From: a virus
Strand: one strand, 5' to 3'
IMG/VR virus record: IMGVR_UViG_3300025102_000018
Location: 1-64,000 of that record
DNA length: 64,000 nucleotides
Shown: positions 48,389 through 57,786 of the stretch, in pieces
Layout of the letters: every line of letters starts with the position of its first letter
Numbering within the stretch: the first letter of the stretch is position 1
Made by a program: the position numbers and the translations under genes
Notes under the pieces: generated by a model
What the model saw: only the letters and a program-made list of their open reading frames with translations
Database searches by the model: none
Told to the model about the DNA's origin: nothing

Positions 48389-48697
48389 ATGAATGTAGAT
48401 GTATTAATATATGTGAATAATCTTAAAGAGTTTTTTAAAAACGATGAACAAGCATTTAAAGATATGTTTGGGACGCTAGATATAGATAAAGAATTATATT
48501 TTAAAAGACTCGAAGAGGTTGCAACCCAAAATTTTGAAGAAAAGGGGGAACCCACACTATCAACTACTCAGATGTTTGGTGTAGTACAAGAATTAATAAC
48601 ATCCCTTCCCCAAAACTCAGGATTTGAGTTACCCCCCGAGATAAAGGGTATTTTTGTACATGTGAAAGACGGATACCCACCAATTTGCCTAAACTAA
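48389..48697 (+). CDS. Hypothetical protein
   Basis: ATG at 48389, after TATATTTG at 48377-48384. Confidence 0.5.
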   Translation: MNVDVLIYVNNLKEFFKNDEQAFKDMFGTLDIDKELYFKRLEEVATQNFEEKGEPTLSTTQMFGVVQELITSLPQNSGFELPPEIKGIFVHVKDGYPPICLN

Positions 48698-48755
48698 TTA
48701 CGATTTAGATTGACAATCTAAAAACACCTTATTATTTTTAAAATAAAAATTTATT

Positions 48756-49094
48756 ATGGCAAAAGATAATTCAGCAACAAAATTAGCAGCAAACCAACTA
48801 CTGTTGGAAAAATACGAACCAATTTTGGTTATTAAAATAATGAGAATTCCTCCTGTAGAGGAATTACAAGCTTTTACAAAAAAAATTCAGACGGATTTTG
48901 GGTATAATACGTTAGTATTACCAGGAGAGTTAGATACCTCTGTAGAAATTTTAAGTGTTTGTGATGTTGAAGTCACAGATTTAGAAAAACTACAAAAAAT
49001 GGTTTATGATAATATTAAATTATTAGAAGAGGATGGGGCAGAAGAAGTGACGTTTAAAACAGCAAAAGAAATAAGGGATGAAAAAAAGGACTAA
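48756..49094 (+). CDS. Hypothetical protein
   Basis: 112 aa. Confidence 0.5.
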   Translation: MAKDNSATKLAANQLLLEKYEPILVIKIMRIPPVEELQAFTKKIQTDFGYNTLVLPGELDTSVEILSVCDVEVTDLEKLQKMVYDNIKLLEEDGAEEVTFKTAKEIRDEKKD

Positions 49095-49827
49095 AGGTGT
49101 TATTTTAGCTGGGGGTACGGGTAGTAGATTATATCCTTTAACAAAGGTTACTAATAAACACCTATTACCAGTCTACGATAAACCTATGATATATTACCCC
49201 TTGGAAACCCTTAAAAAAATGGGTTGTAAAGATATATTAATTGTGTCTGGAAGAGAACATTGTGGTGATATATTAAATTTATTAGGTAGTGGTAGAGAAA
49301 TGGGTCTTAAATTATCCTATGAAATACAAGACGAGGCGGGTGGAATTGCACATGCTTTAAGTCTCGCTGAAAGATTCGTAGGGGCATCTAATGTAGTGGT
49401 GTGTTTAGGTGATAATATCTTTAATGAAAACTTAACAATAGATGGTTTCGAAGGGGGTGCAAAGATATTTTTAAAATCTGTACATGACCCAGAAAGATTT
49501 GGTGTCGCTGAACTTAAAAAAGGGGAAGAGTGTAAAGTGTTATCTATAGAAGAAAAACCAAAAAAACCTAAATCTAATTTTGCGGTAACTGGTCTTTATA
49601 TGTATGATAACAGAGTTTTTAGTTATATTAAAAATCTTGCCCCTTCTGAACGAGGAGAATTAGAAATTACTGATGTTAATAATTTTTATGTTAGAGATGG
49701 GTTAATGACTTGTCAGGTGTTACAATCTTGGTGGTCTGATGCAGGAACCTTTGAAAGTTTATTAAAAGCTTCATCATTAGTAGCTAATAAAAAATTATGT
49801 GAGTGTTCCCCACACGAATTAGAATAA
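49078..49827 (+). CDS. rmlA: Glucose-1-phosphate thymidylyltransferase (RmlA/SpsI-like)
   Basis: GVILAGGTGSRLYPLT, KHLLPVYDKPMIYYP, LGDNIF, EEKP, AVTGLYMYD, RGELEITDVN, WSDAGT. Confidence 0.9.
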   Translation: MKKRTKGVILAGGTGSRLYPLTKVTNKHLLPVYDKPMIYYPLETLKKMGCKDILIVSGREHCGDILNLLGSGREMGLKLSYEIQDEAGGIAHALSLAERFVGASNVVVCLGDNIFNENLTIDGFEGGAKIFLKSVHDPERFGVAELKKGEECKVLSIEEKPKKPKSNFAVTGLYMYDNRVFSYIKNLAPSERGELEITDVNNFYVRDGLMTCQVLQSWWSDAGTFESLLKASSLVANKKLCECSPHELE

Positions 49828-49848
49828 AAATTATTAATTTGTTAAAAA

Positions 49849-50277
49849 ATGAGAAGAAAAATTTTAAGAAAGTATAAAGATTTACATAGTGATAACCCAC
49901 AAAATATAGGACCAGCACTTACACCCAAAACAAAAAGGAATAAAAATGATTGGGATTCTGATTACTGGTTAAGAGAACAATATAATAGAAATAGAGGGTA
50001 CAAAGACCAAATTCCAACCCAAGAGGATATTATAGAATATAACAGAAAAAAAAATAGAGAAAACGAAATGGTAGAACACCCTAATCATTATGGGGGTGAA
50101 GAAAATCCATATGAAGCTATTAAGGTAATTGAAGAGTGGAATCTTGGATTTAATTTAGGTAATACTATAAAATACATTTCAAGAGCAGGTAAAAAAAATA
50201 ATACCATTGAAGATTTAGAAAAAGCAGAATGGTATATAAAAAGAGAAATAAATAATTTAAAAAAGGTAAAACAATGA
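49849..50277 (+). CDS. DUF3310-domain protein
   Basis: VEHPNHYGG...GFNLGNTIKYISRAGKK...EDLEKAEWY. Confidence 0.8.
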   Translation: MRRKILRKYKDLHSDNPQNIGPALTPKTKRNKNDWDSDYWLREQYNRNRGYKDQIPTQEDIIEYNRKKNRENEMVEHPNHYGGEENPYEAIKVIEEWNLGFNLGNTIKYISRAGKKNNTIEDLEKAEWYIKREINNLKKVKQ

Positions 50278-50804
50278 GAACATTATTATTAGCAGTATTA
50301 GTCGCGCTTGGACTAAACACAATACAAGCACAACAACCGCAACAACCTTATTTTTGCTGCGATTCAATAACATATTGGATAGACCAAAGTCAAGGATTTA
50401 ATATAGGACTTGATACATCAAATATAGTACATAATCCTGACTCTATGACAGTATATTGGGGAGTATGTACTGGATTTGCAACAGCTGGCATGTGTTATGC
50501 AGGACAAGGTATGTATGAGTATTTTCCACAAATTACAACTTCAGATACAATTAAAGTAGCGTATGATGTATACATTTACGAGAACGGTTCAGTAGAAGTA
50601 TGTAGTGTAGAAGATTGGTTAGTATTTGACCAAAACTCTTTTTCATGGGTATTACTCAATATGTTACCAACAAACATAGAAGAACTTGCAATTGAAAAAA
50701 TTAATGAAAATAAAATATATGATTTAATGGGTAAAGAATTAAGAGAAGTACCAGTAGGGGTTATGTATATTAGAAATAATAAACTTTATATAAAAACAAA
50801 TTAA
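50274..50804 (+). CDS. Secreted protein with T9SS-like C-terminal domain
   Basis: Signal peptide IQA-Q; CTD KIYDLMGKEL...VMYIRNNKLYIK. Confidence 0.65.
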   Translation: MRTLLLAVLVALGLNTIQAQQPQQPYFCCDSITYWIDQSQGFNIGLDTSNIVHNPDSMTVYWGVCTGFATAGMCYAGQGMYEYFPQITTSDTIKVAYDVYIYENGSVEVCSVEDWLVFDQNSFSWVLLNMLPTNIEELAIEKINENKIYDLMGKELREVPVGVMYIRNNKLYIKTN

Positions 50805-50805
50805 C

Positions 50806-51234
50806 ATGAAAGGTAAAATTAATACAGATAAAGGGACTATGGTGGTAGAGTTTTATGAAAAAGACGCACCTAATACAGTAGATAATTTTGTTAAATTAGC
50901 AAAAGATGGTTTTTATAATGGATTAAAATTCCATAGAGTAATTCCAGGATTTGTCGCTCAAGGAGGATGTCCTAATGGTAGGGGTGATGGTGGACCTGGG
51001 TATAAAATAGATTGTGAGTTAAATGGTGGTAATCAGTATCACGACAAAGGTGTTTTATCCATGGCACACGCTGGTAGAAATACTGGAGGGTCACAATTTT
51101 TTATTTGTCACAATAGACCTGGAACACAACATCTAGACAACCAACATACATGTTTTGGAAAAATTGTAGATGGGATAAATATTATAGAACAAATCGTACA
51201 AGGAGATACATTTTCTGTGGAAATCGAAGATTAA
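50806..51234 (+). CDS. Cyclophilin-type peptidyl-prolyl isomerase
   Basis: APNTVDNF, FHRVIPGFVAQGG, LSMAHAGRNTGGSQFFI, HTCFG. Confidence 0.93.
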   Translation: MKGKINTDKGTMVVEFYEKDAPNTVDNFVKLAKDGFYNGLKFHRVIPGFVAQGGCPNGRGDGGPGYKIDCELNGGNQYHDKGVLSMAHAGRNTGGSQFFICHNRPGTQHLDNQHTCFGKIVDGINIIEQIVQGDTFSVEIED

Positions 51235-52145
51235 TGAAAACAAGATTATCTGATTACGTTGGTAATACACCTCTTATACCTATTAAAATAGGTGAATTAA
51301 CTGTTTGGGGAAAATGTGAATTTATGAATCCAGGTGGTTCAGTAAAGGATAGAATGGCTACCTTTATTTTAAACGATGCAGAAAAAAGAGGTATACTTAA
51401 AAAAGGTGATACTATTTGTGAAGCGACATCAGGTAATTCAGGAATCGCGTTTGCGATGTTAGCGGCAGAAAGAGGTTATAAAATAGAAATTTTTATGCCC
51501 AGAAACATGTCAGAAGAACGTAAACAAATGCTTCAATTCTATGGGGCAAATTTAAGAGAAGTGGATGAAGGGGACTTTGATGGAGCTATCCTAAGAAGAG
51601 ATGTCCTATGTCATACCCATGGATGGTTTAACTGTAACCAATTTAATAATCCTTTGAACATCCAAGCACATTATGAAAATACAGCTCCTGAAATTTATGA
51701 AGAATGGTCATTACCTAAAACTAGAGGTAGTTACCGACGAATAGATAGTCCTGCGGTTTTTATAGCTGGTACAGGGACGGGAGGAACTTTAATGGGTTGT
51801 GGAAAACGATTAAAAGAATATTGGAATAAACTAAAAGTAGTAGCTATTGAACCTGCAGAATCCGCTGTTATGTCAGGGGGTGATGAAGGTCTACATGGCA
51901 TCCAAGGAATAGGAGACGGAAGCAAATTTTTAGTAGATTTGGATTTTGTAGATGAAATTAAAACAGTTAAGACAGACTGTGCTAAAGAAATGGCAAAACA
52001 TTTAGCTCTTAAATACGGTCTATTTGTTGGTATTAGTGCAGGGGCAAACGTCAAAGCAGCATTCCAATGGTTAAGAGATAACAATGAAAAAGAGGCAATA
52101 ACAATTCTCTGTGATAGAGGAGAAAGATATTTTAGTTGTTTATGA
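51234..52145 (+). CDS. cysK: Cysteine synthase (PLP-dependent, CysK/CysM family)
   Basis: VGNTPL, NPGGSVKDR, EATSGNSG, GTGTGGT, HGIQGIG, GISAGAN, DRGERY; ATG at 51234. Confidence 0.88.
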   Translation: MKTRLSDYVGNTPLIPIKIGELTVWGKCEFMNPGGSVKDRMATFILNDAEKRGILKKGDTICEATSGNSGIAFAMLAAERGYKIEIFMPRNMSEERKQMLQFYGANLREVDEGDFDGAILRRDVLCHTHGWFNCNQFNNPLNIQAHYENTAPEIYEEWSLPKTRGSYRRIDSPAVFIAGTGTGGTLMGCGKRLKEYWNKLKVVAIEPAESAVMSGGDEGLHGIQGIGDGSKFLVDLDFVDEIKTVKTDCAKEMAKHLALKYGLFVGISAGANVKAAFQWLRDNNEKEAITILCDRGERYFSCL

Positions 52146-52840
52146 ATTATTTATTTGACGTAGACGGAACCCTAACCCCGAGTAGGTTACCAATCGATAA
52201 AGATTTTGAAAAATTCTTCCTTGAATGGATGGATGGAAAAAACGTCTATTTGGTTACAGGCTCCGATAAAGATAAGACAATTGAACAGGTTGGAGAAAAA
52301 ATTTGGAATAAATGTACACGTGTATACCAATCATGTGGTAATGCAGTTTATGAGAATGGAGAGTTGATAAGACAATTAGATTTTCCTTTATCCGTTGATT
52401 TGGAAAAATTATTAAATGAATTTTTAATGTGGTCTCAGTGGATGGAAAGATTTACGACCCATATTGAAAAACGTATAGGACTTATAAATTTTAGTGTTGT
52501 AGGTAGAGATTGCCCACAAGAAGTGAGAGATAGATACCATAAATGGGATTTAAAAGTAAAAGAAAGAGAAACATTCTGTCAAATCATTGAAGAAAAATTT
52601 CCTCATATAGAAGCCAGTGTGGGGGGTCAGATATCGATAGATATTCATTCTAAAGGAAAGAATAAAGCTCAAGTACTAGATGAAATTGATGGTGAAATAG
52701 TTTTTTTTGGGGATAAATGTGAACCAGGAGGTAACGACTACCCCATTGTTGAAAGATTATTTCCTTTAATTGATGAACATACTATTCATAATGTTAAGGA
52801 TTGGGGAGAGACTTATAAAATATTAAACCAATACGGTTAA
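52142..52840 (+). CDS. Phosphomannomutase, HAD-IIB (eukaryotic PMM-like)
   Basis: LFDVDGTLT, VTGSD, INFSVVGR, GGQISIDI, FFGDKCEPGGNDY. Confidence 0.85.
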   Translation: MNYLFDVDGTLTPSRLPIDKDFEKFFLEWMDGKNVYLVTGSDKDKTIEQVGEKIWNKCTRVYQSCGNAVYENGELIRQLDFPLSVDLEKLLNEFLMWSQWMERFTTHIEKRIGLINFSVVGRDCPQEVRDRYHKWDLKVKERETFCQIIEEKFPHIEASVGGQISIDIHSKGKNKAQVLDEIDGEIVFFGDKCEPGGNDYPIVERLFPLIDEHTIHNVKDWGETYKILNQYG

Positions 52841-52844
52841 TGTT

Positions 52845-52994
52845 ATGACACTTAAAGAATTTAAAAAGCATCACGAAACATACACTAAAAAGTTTATGTT
52901 ATATGGTAGAACTTTCGATTTAGATTTTAAAATGTATATGATTATACAAGGATTATCTGAAGAAGAATTTGATAAATTAATACTAGACATCTAA
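52845..52994 (+). CDS. Small hypothetical protein (absent from the ORF track)
   Basis: 49 aa MTLKEFKKHHETY...; stop overlaps the next ATG. Confidence 0.4.
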   Translation: MTLKEFKKHHETYTKKFMLYGRTFDLDFKMYMIIQGLSEEEFDKLILDI

Positions 52995-53338
52995 TGAATT
53001 ACATAGAAGAAAGACCGTGGGGTAAATTTGAAATACTAGTCGATGGTGATTATTGTAAAGTAAAAAGAATAACCGTAAAGCCGGGTGGTCGGTTAAGTTA
53101 CCAATACCACCATCAAAGAAGTGAAGTGTGGACAATTGTCCAAGGTGAAGCTTATATGTTGTTAGATGATGAGTTACAATTGTTCAATTATGGGGAAACA
53201 ATACTAATACCCCAAGGAACTAAACATAGAGTAGAGAATAAAGGACAAGAAGATTTAATCTTCATAGAAGTCCAACACGGGTCATACTTTGGTGAAGACG
53301 ATATAGTTAGAATTGAAGATGACTATAATAGAAATTAA
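52994..53338 (+). CDS. Mannose-6-phosphate isomerase type II C-terminal cupin
   Basis: ERPWG, VKRITVKPGGRLSYQYHHQRSEVW, IEVQHGSYFGEDDIVRIEDDY. Confidence 0.88.
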   Translation: MNYIEERPWGKFEILVDGDYCKVKRITVKPGGRLSYQYHHQRSEVWTIVQGEAYMLLDDELQLFNYGETILIPQGTKHRVENKGQEDLIFIEVQHGSYFGEDDIVRIEDDYNRN

Positions 53339-53340
53339 TT

Positions 53341-53673
53341 ATGAAGATAAAGTTAGATAAAAAAAATAGTAATTTAATTAAAGAAAATACCACCTATACA
53401 GTTATAGATAATACAGATTTAGAAAACTTAGTAGTGTCTAAAACTATTTTACACCCCAAAAAAGAAACTACCGGTCACGCACACGAAGGACAAGAAGAAG
53501 TTTATCACTTTATAAGTGGGAAGGGTACCATGCAAATAGGTGTTATGGAACACGAAGTTAAAAAAGGTGATATATTTTCTATTCCTGATGGTGCTTTTCA
53601 TAAAGTTTGGAATCATAGTAATAAAAAAGATTTAATATTTATATGTGTTTTTGACGGTAGAAGAAGTCATTAA
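53341..53673 (+). CDS. Cupin-domain protein
   Basis: GHAHEGQEEVYHFISGKG...IPDGAFHKVWN. Confidence 0.8.
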   Translation: MKIKLDKKNSNLIKENTTYTVIDNTDLENLVVSKTILHPKKETTGHAHEGQEEVYHFISGKGTMQIGVMEHEVKKGDIFSIPDGAFHKVWNHSNKKDLIFICVFDGRRSH

Positions 53674-53695
53674 GTATTTATAAATAAAATATCTT

Positions 53696-54283
53696 ATGCG
53701 TATAATCATTAAAGAGTCCCAATTTAAAAGATTATTAGAACAAAAATCTTTTAAATCCAAATTTGTAGATTGGAGAACTAGAAGTGCAGGACAACCTATT
53801 TTTGATTATGTTAGACAATGGGAAGATTTTGTACCCTTTACGTATGATGACTATTATTTCCCCCCAAGAGTGTTTACAGGTTCTACAAGTAACGCAAACG
53901 GAACCCTAACTATAGGTTATGGTACTACAGACCCTAAGTACGCTTATCCAGGTAATACCATCACTAAAAAAGTAGCAGAACAAATTTCCCAACCAGATAT
54001 TCAAGAAGCTGCAGATTGTATAAAAAGATGGCAAGGCAGAGCTAAACCAGGTGACAAATTTAGTTTTAATAATAGAAAAATAACATCAGGTATGTATTAT
54101 GTGATGAGTGATATAGTTTACAACATGGGATGCCAAGCTTTTATAAAAACTAAAACTATAGAAAAAATAGAACAAGGGGAGTATAAAAAAGCTAAAGACT
54201 TTATACAAAATAAATTAGAATGGGGTCACCAAAAAAGAAAAGACCAAGCAGCAATAACTTTTTGTAAAGATGGGGTATGTTAA
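53696..54283 (+). CDS. GH24-like lysozyme with N-terminal leader
   Basis: WEDFVPFTYDD, LTIGYGTT, DIVYNMG; leader MRIIIKESQFKRLLEQ. Confidence 0.7.
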   Translation: MRIIIKESQFKRLLEQKSFKSKFVDWRTRSAGQPIFDYVRQWEDFVPFTYDDYYFPPRVFTGSTSNANGTLTIGYGTTDPKYAYPGNTITKKVAEQISQPDIQEAADCIKRWQGRAKPGDKFSFNNRKITSGMYYVMSDIVYNMGCQAFIKTKTIEKIEQGEYKKAKDFIQNKLEWGHQKRKDQAAITFCKDGVC

Positions 54284-54295
54284 TATTTATATAAT

Positions 54296-55798
54296 ATGAA
54301 ATCAGTATTAATCACAAAAAAACAATTTAATAACATTTCTGAGTCTTTAATTACAGAAAGTGGTATTCAGGACATTAAAAAACTAGCGGAAAGATATCCT
54401 AAAGCTCAGATATATTTTCATTTAGATTTAGACGGGGTGGTATCAGCGATAGCGATGAGAGAATACCTTAATAAGTACGGGATAGAAACTATAGGGTTTA
54501 AAACCATCCAATACGGAGATAAAGAATTTGCATTAGTTAAACCAGATGCTAATAAAGATGTTATGCCGGTTTTAGTAGATTTCGCTCATGGTAAACCTGA
54601 ATTTAAAATACACACGGACCATCACGATACCCAAACAGGTGTAGAAGACGCTGCTACACAATTTAAACCAGCTCGTTCTAATGTTGAAACAATTTCAGGG
54701 ATAATTTCACCTACAGATATATTCCCTACTGGTGATATAGACCTTTTTAGAACAGTAGATTCTGCAGATTTTTACCGAAAGGGTATTAAACCAGAAGAAG
54801 TGATTAACTTTGTATTTAAGTTAGATAAAGAAAAAGATATTGAAAAAAATAGACAAGCTGCTGGATTTGCACTTAATAAATTGATTTTAGCTTATAAAAA
54901 TAAGCCTGGTTTCCTAGAAAAATTAGCAATGTTCTCCAATCCGAGCATTGTTAGTATGTTTATGAAAGGGAAAGAATTAGCCAATCAGATGGGTTTTCCA
55001 GGGGTAGAAACTCTCCAAACTAATTCAGAAGATTATAGAGAAAGACTAAAAAACTTTGATAAAGTACAACAAAAAGGTAAGATACTTGTACAATATGGTA
55101 TACCTTCAGCTTTTAAACCTGGTTCTTACGATAGATATTCTTCATTAGAAATGTATCCTGATGTGGAGTATTTTCTAATGATTTGGCCTATGGGATTAAT
55201 TCAAACCAGTTGTAATCCATTTAAATCAAAATTTGATGAAAATGTTAATTTAGGTGACATGGCAAGTGAGGTACTAGATGAGTTTAAATCTGAATTAGAA
55301 TCTATAGATATACCCTTATCACAGATTAAAAGAATTAGTGAAAGAAGTGTAACATCTACTCTACAAAAATTGATTAAACAAAGTGATGAAGATTTTGGAG
55401 ACGTAAAATCAGAAAAAGATTTTTTTGGGTTTAGATTTAAGGATTTAATCGCATTATATAAAGATAATATTAAAGGGATAAATCCTGATAAAAAATCTAG
55501 TTTTAATGATTTAATTACTGATATTGCCAATCGACCATATTCTGATTTATCATATAAACAAAAAAAAGTATTAGACTATGTTTCTGTAAACGCTTATGAT
55601 ATTATTAAAGCAAACAGTGGTGGTCACCCTTGTATAACAAACATTTCAGGAATTAATTATCTTGGAAAACTAGGTGGTGATTTTCTTAAAAGAATAGCCA
55701 AAAGAATTTTAGAAAAGTTAAGTGAGAAAGTTAATAAAGAGGAATCTACATCACTTAAAGAATCTATAAAAAATAAATTAAAAGAATTCAGAAGATAA
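54296..55798 (+). CDS. DHH-family phosphoesterase-like protein with N-terminal leader
   Basis: FHLDLDGVVSA, VLVDF, HTDHH, C-terminal SGGH; leader MKSVLITKKQFNNISESLITE. Confidence 0.7.
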   Translation: MKSVLITKKQFNNISESLITESGIQDIKKLAERYPKAQIYFHLDLDGVVSAIAMREYLNKYGIETIGFKTIQYGDKEFALVKPDANKDVMPVLVDFAHGKPEFKIHTDHHDTQTGVEDAATQFKPARSNVETISGIISPTDIFPTGDIDLFRTVDSADFYRKGIKPEEVINFVFKLDKEKDIEKNRQAAGFALNKLILAYKNKPGFLEKLAMFSNPSIVSMFMKGKELANQMGFPGVETLQTNSEDYRERLKNFDKVQQKGKILVQYGIPSAFKPGSYDRYSSLEMYPDVEYFLMIWPMGLIQTSCNPFKSKFDENVNLGDMASEVLDEFKSELESIDIPLSQIKRISERSVTSTLQKLIKQSDEDFGDVKSEKDFFGFRFKDLIALYKDNIKGINPDKKSSFNDLITDIANRPYSDLSYKQKKVLDYVSVNAYDIIKANSGGHPCITNISGINYLGKLGGDFLKRIAKRILEKLSEKVNKEESTSLKESIKNKLKEFRR

Positions 55799-56028
55799 TG
55801 TTTAATATTTTTAACAAATTAAAAGAATTTGTAGTACAACTCACTAATTTGGTATTTGTAATATTTTGTTTAGGTGTGATTTTACAGTTAATTATGGGAG
55901 AACCTATATTAGGTTGGGATGTGGTTGGAAATATAAGTAAAACATTAAATAGTTTGGGACAAAGTACATTTTTAGGGGTACTATCAATATTAGTTCTCTA
56001 TCACTATTTTAGTAATCACTCAAAGTAA
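55798..56028 (+). CDS. Small membrane protein
   Basis: Two hydrophobic helices. Confidence 0.55.
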   Translation: MFNIFNKLKEFVVQLTNLVFVIFCLGVILQLIMGEPILGWDVVGNISKTLNSLGQSTFLGVLSILVLYHYFSNHSK

Positions 56029-56357
56029 ACAGAATCTCCACGACTTATCTTGTTTAAGGAACAATATCCTCCGGGCAACTCCAGAACCTTATCACCAATT
56101 CCTATATAACTTTTACAATAATTTTCTTTACAGGGTGGACAATTATGTGAGATATTAGTAATCTTATTTCCAGCTATGAAAACTATATCTAAAGGAATTA
56201 AACAATTTTTCATCCAGAACGACCTTTCACCTATAGAATCAAAAGGAAATAACATCCCACCGTTTAATTCTTTACGACCCATCATCCCTATAGATTTACT
56301 ATTAGGGCTACTCTTAATTTCTAAGGGGATAAGTTGATTATTGATAAACGCTTTCAT
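56016..56357 (-). CDS. DUF192-family protein
   Basis: GMLFPF, SFWMKNCLIPLDIVFI, VLELPGG; ATATTTAT on minus strand at 56365-56372. Confidence 0.85.
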   Translation of the reverse strand: MKAFINNQLIPLEIKSSPNSKSIGMMGRKELNGGMLFPFDSIGERSFWMKNCLIPLDIVFIAGNKITNISHNCPPCKENYCKSYIGIGDKVLELPGGYCSLNKISRGDSVYFE

Positions 56358-56377
56358 ATATTTTATAAATATTAGAC

Positions 56378-56533
56378 TATGGACAACAAAGATTTAGATA
56401 AAGAAATAGAGAAATTAAAAAAAGTTATAATGGACCTTCCCGCGAAGGACATTATACCTACATCACAAATAAAAGAGTTTCAAGAAAAATTAAATAAACT
56501 AGCTAAAAAATTAAAAGATGAAAATAAAACTTG
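56378..56533 (+). CDS. Small hypothetical protein (absent from the ORF track)
   Basis: 51 aa MDNKDLDKEIEKLKK... Confidence 0.35.
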
Positions 56534-57561
56534 AGTACATTTGGTTAGATGGGTATAAACCCGAACCACACCTACGTAGTAAAACTAAAGTTATTAACTT
56601 AGAAATGCAAGACCCGAAGGAAAGAATACTTCCTCAGATAAGACCTGAAGATTGTCCCATTTGGTCATTTGATGGTAGTTCTACAAAACAAGCGGAAGGA
56701 AATAATTCAGATTGTTTATTAAAACCAGTTAAAACATTAATTGACCCACAAAGACCTAATTCTTATTTGGTGTTATGTGAAGTTTTAAATTCAGATGAAA
56801 GACCCCATTCTACTAATACTAGAAACAAATTAAAAGATGAAAATAAAGACGAGTGGTTTGGTTTCGAACAAGAGTATGTCATTATGAAGAACGGTAAACC
56901 AATTGGATTCCCTAAAGCTGGTTATCCAGACCCACAAGGTAGGTATTACTGTGGTGTAGGTACCGGTACAGTGGATGGTAGAAAAATCGCTGAGGAACAC
57001 CTTGATGTTTGTTTAATGGCGGGATTAGAAATTACAGGTATTAACGCTGAGGTTATGTTAGGACAATGGGAATACCAAGTATTTGGACAAGGAGCGAAAC
57101 AAGCTTCTGATGATTTATGGTTATCTAGATTTTTATTAAATAGAATTGGTGAATTTCATGGATATGAAATAAACTACCACCCTAAACCAGTAGATGGTGA
57201 TTGGAATGGTTCAGGAATGCATGTTAATTTTTCCACAAAAGACATGAGAGAAAATGGTGGTAAAGAACTAATAGAATCTATTTGTGATACATTTGGATTT
57301 TATCATGAAGAACATATTAATGTTTATGGTTCAGAAAACGAAAAAAGACTTACAGGTTTACATGAAACACAAAACATTCAAAAATATAGTTACGGGGTAT
57401 CAGATAGAGGAGCAAGTATTCGTATCCCTGTGTCTACGGTCAAAAACAATTGGAAGGGATATCTTGAAGACAGAAGACCGGCTTCAAATGCAGACCCTTA
57501 TAAATTAACCCGTAGAATATTAAAAACATTAGAATATTCTACACAAAATGAAACAGTATAA
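56518..57561 (+). CDS. glnII: Glutamine synthetase type II
   Basis: LEYIWLDG, WSFDGSST, WFGFEQEY, GINAEVMLGQWEYQ, DWNGSGMHVNFS, RLTGLHET, DRGASIRIP, YLEDRRPASNADPY. Confidence 0.93.
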   Translation: MKIKLEYIWLDGYKPEPHLRSKTKVINLEMQDPKERILPQIRPEDCPIWSFDGSSTKQAEGNNSDCLLKPVKTLIDPQRPNSYLVLCEVLNSDERPHSTNTRNKLKDENKDEWFGFEQEYVIMKNGKPIGFPKAGYPDPQGRYYCGVGTGTVDGRKIAEEHLDVCLMAGLEITGINAEVMLGQWEYQVFGQGAKQASDDLWLSRFLLNRIGEFHGYEINYHPKPVDGDWNGSGMHVNFSTKDMRENGGKELIESICDTFGFYHEEHINVYGSENEKRLTGLHETQNIQKYSYGVSDRGASIRIPVSTVKNNWKGYLEDRRPASNADPYKLTRRILKTLEYSTQNETV

Positions 57562-57781
57562 TATGGATATTAAATTAGAAGCATTAAAAAAAAGATATGA
57601 GGCGGATATTCTAGAATCCAAAGCAACTCTAGAGGTTTACTTAAATAACGCAGCTGGTATCGGTGAACACCCTCAAATAATTGAGGAAATGGATAAATTA
57701 TTTTGTAAACTTGCTGACGCTGAAGGTAAATTAGAATCTTTAAATGGATTTGAATTAAAAGAAAACCAGGACTATAAGTAA
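57548..57781 (+). CDS. Conserved small phage protein
   Basis: YLNNAAGIGEHPQIIEEMDK motif. Confidence 0.55.
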   Translation: MKQYNMDIKLEALKKRYEADILESKATLEVYLNNAAGIGEHPQIIEEMDKLFCKLADAEGKLESLNGFELKENQDYK

Positions 57782-57786
57782 TTTTT

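Noticed and set aside
51150-51233. N-terminal extension of cysteine synthase in the ORF track (similarly 27062, 25532, 35441, 48374, 58119)
   Set aside because: Overlaps upstream genes or promoters; downstream ATGs match the family N-termini and translational coupling
49078-57561. Cellular or eukaryotic-virus origin suggested by GSII, HAD-type PMM, DnaJ and cyclophilin
   Set aside because: Interspersed with phage tail, primase, gp46/47-like and lysozyme genes and bacterial promoters; best read as phage auxiliary genes
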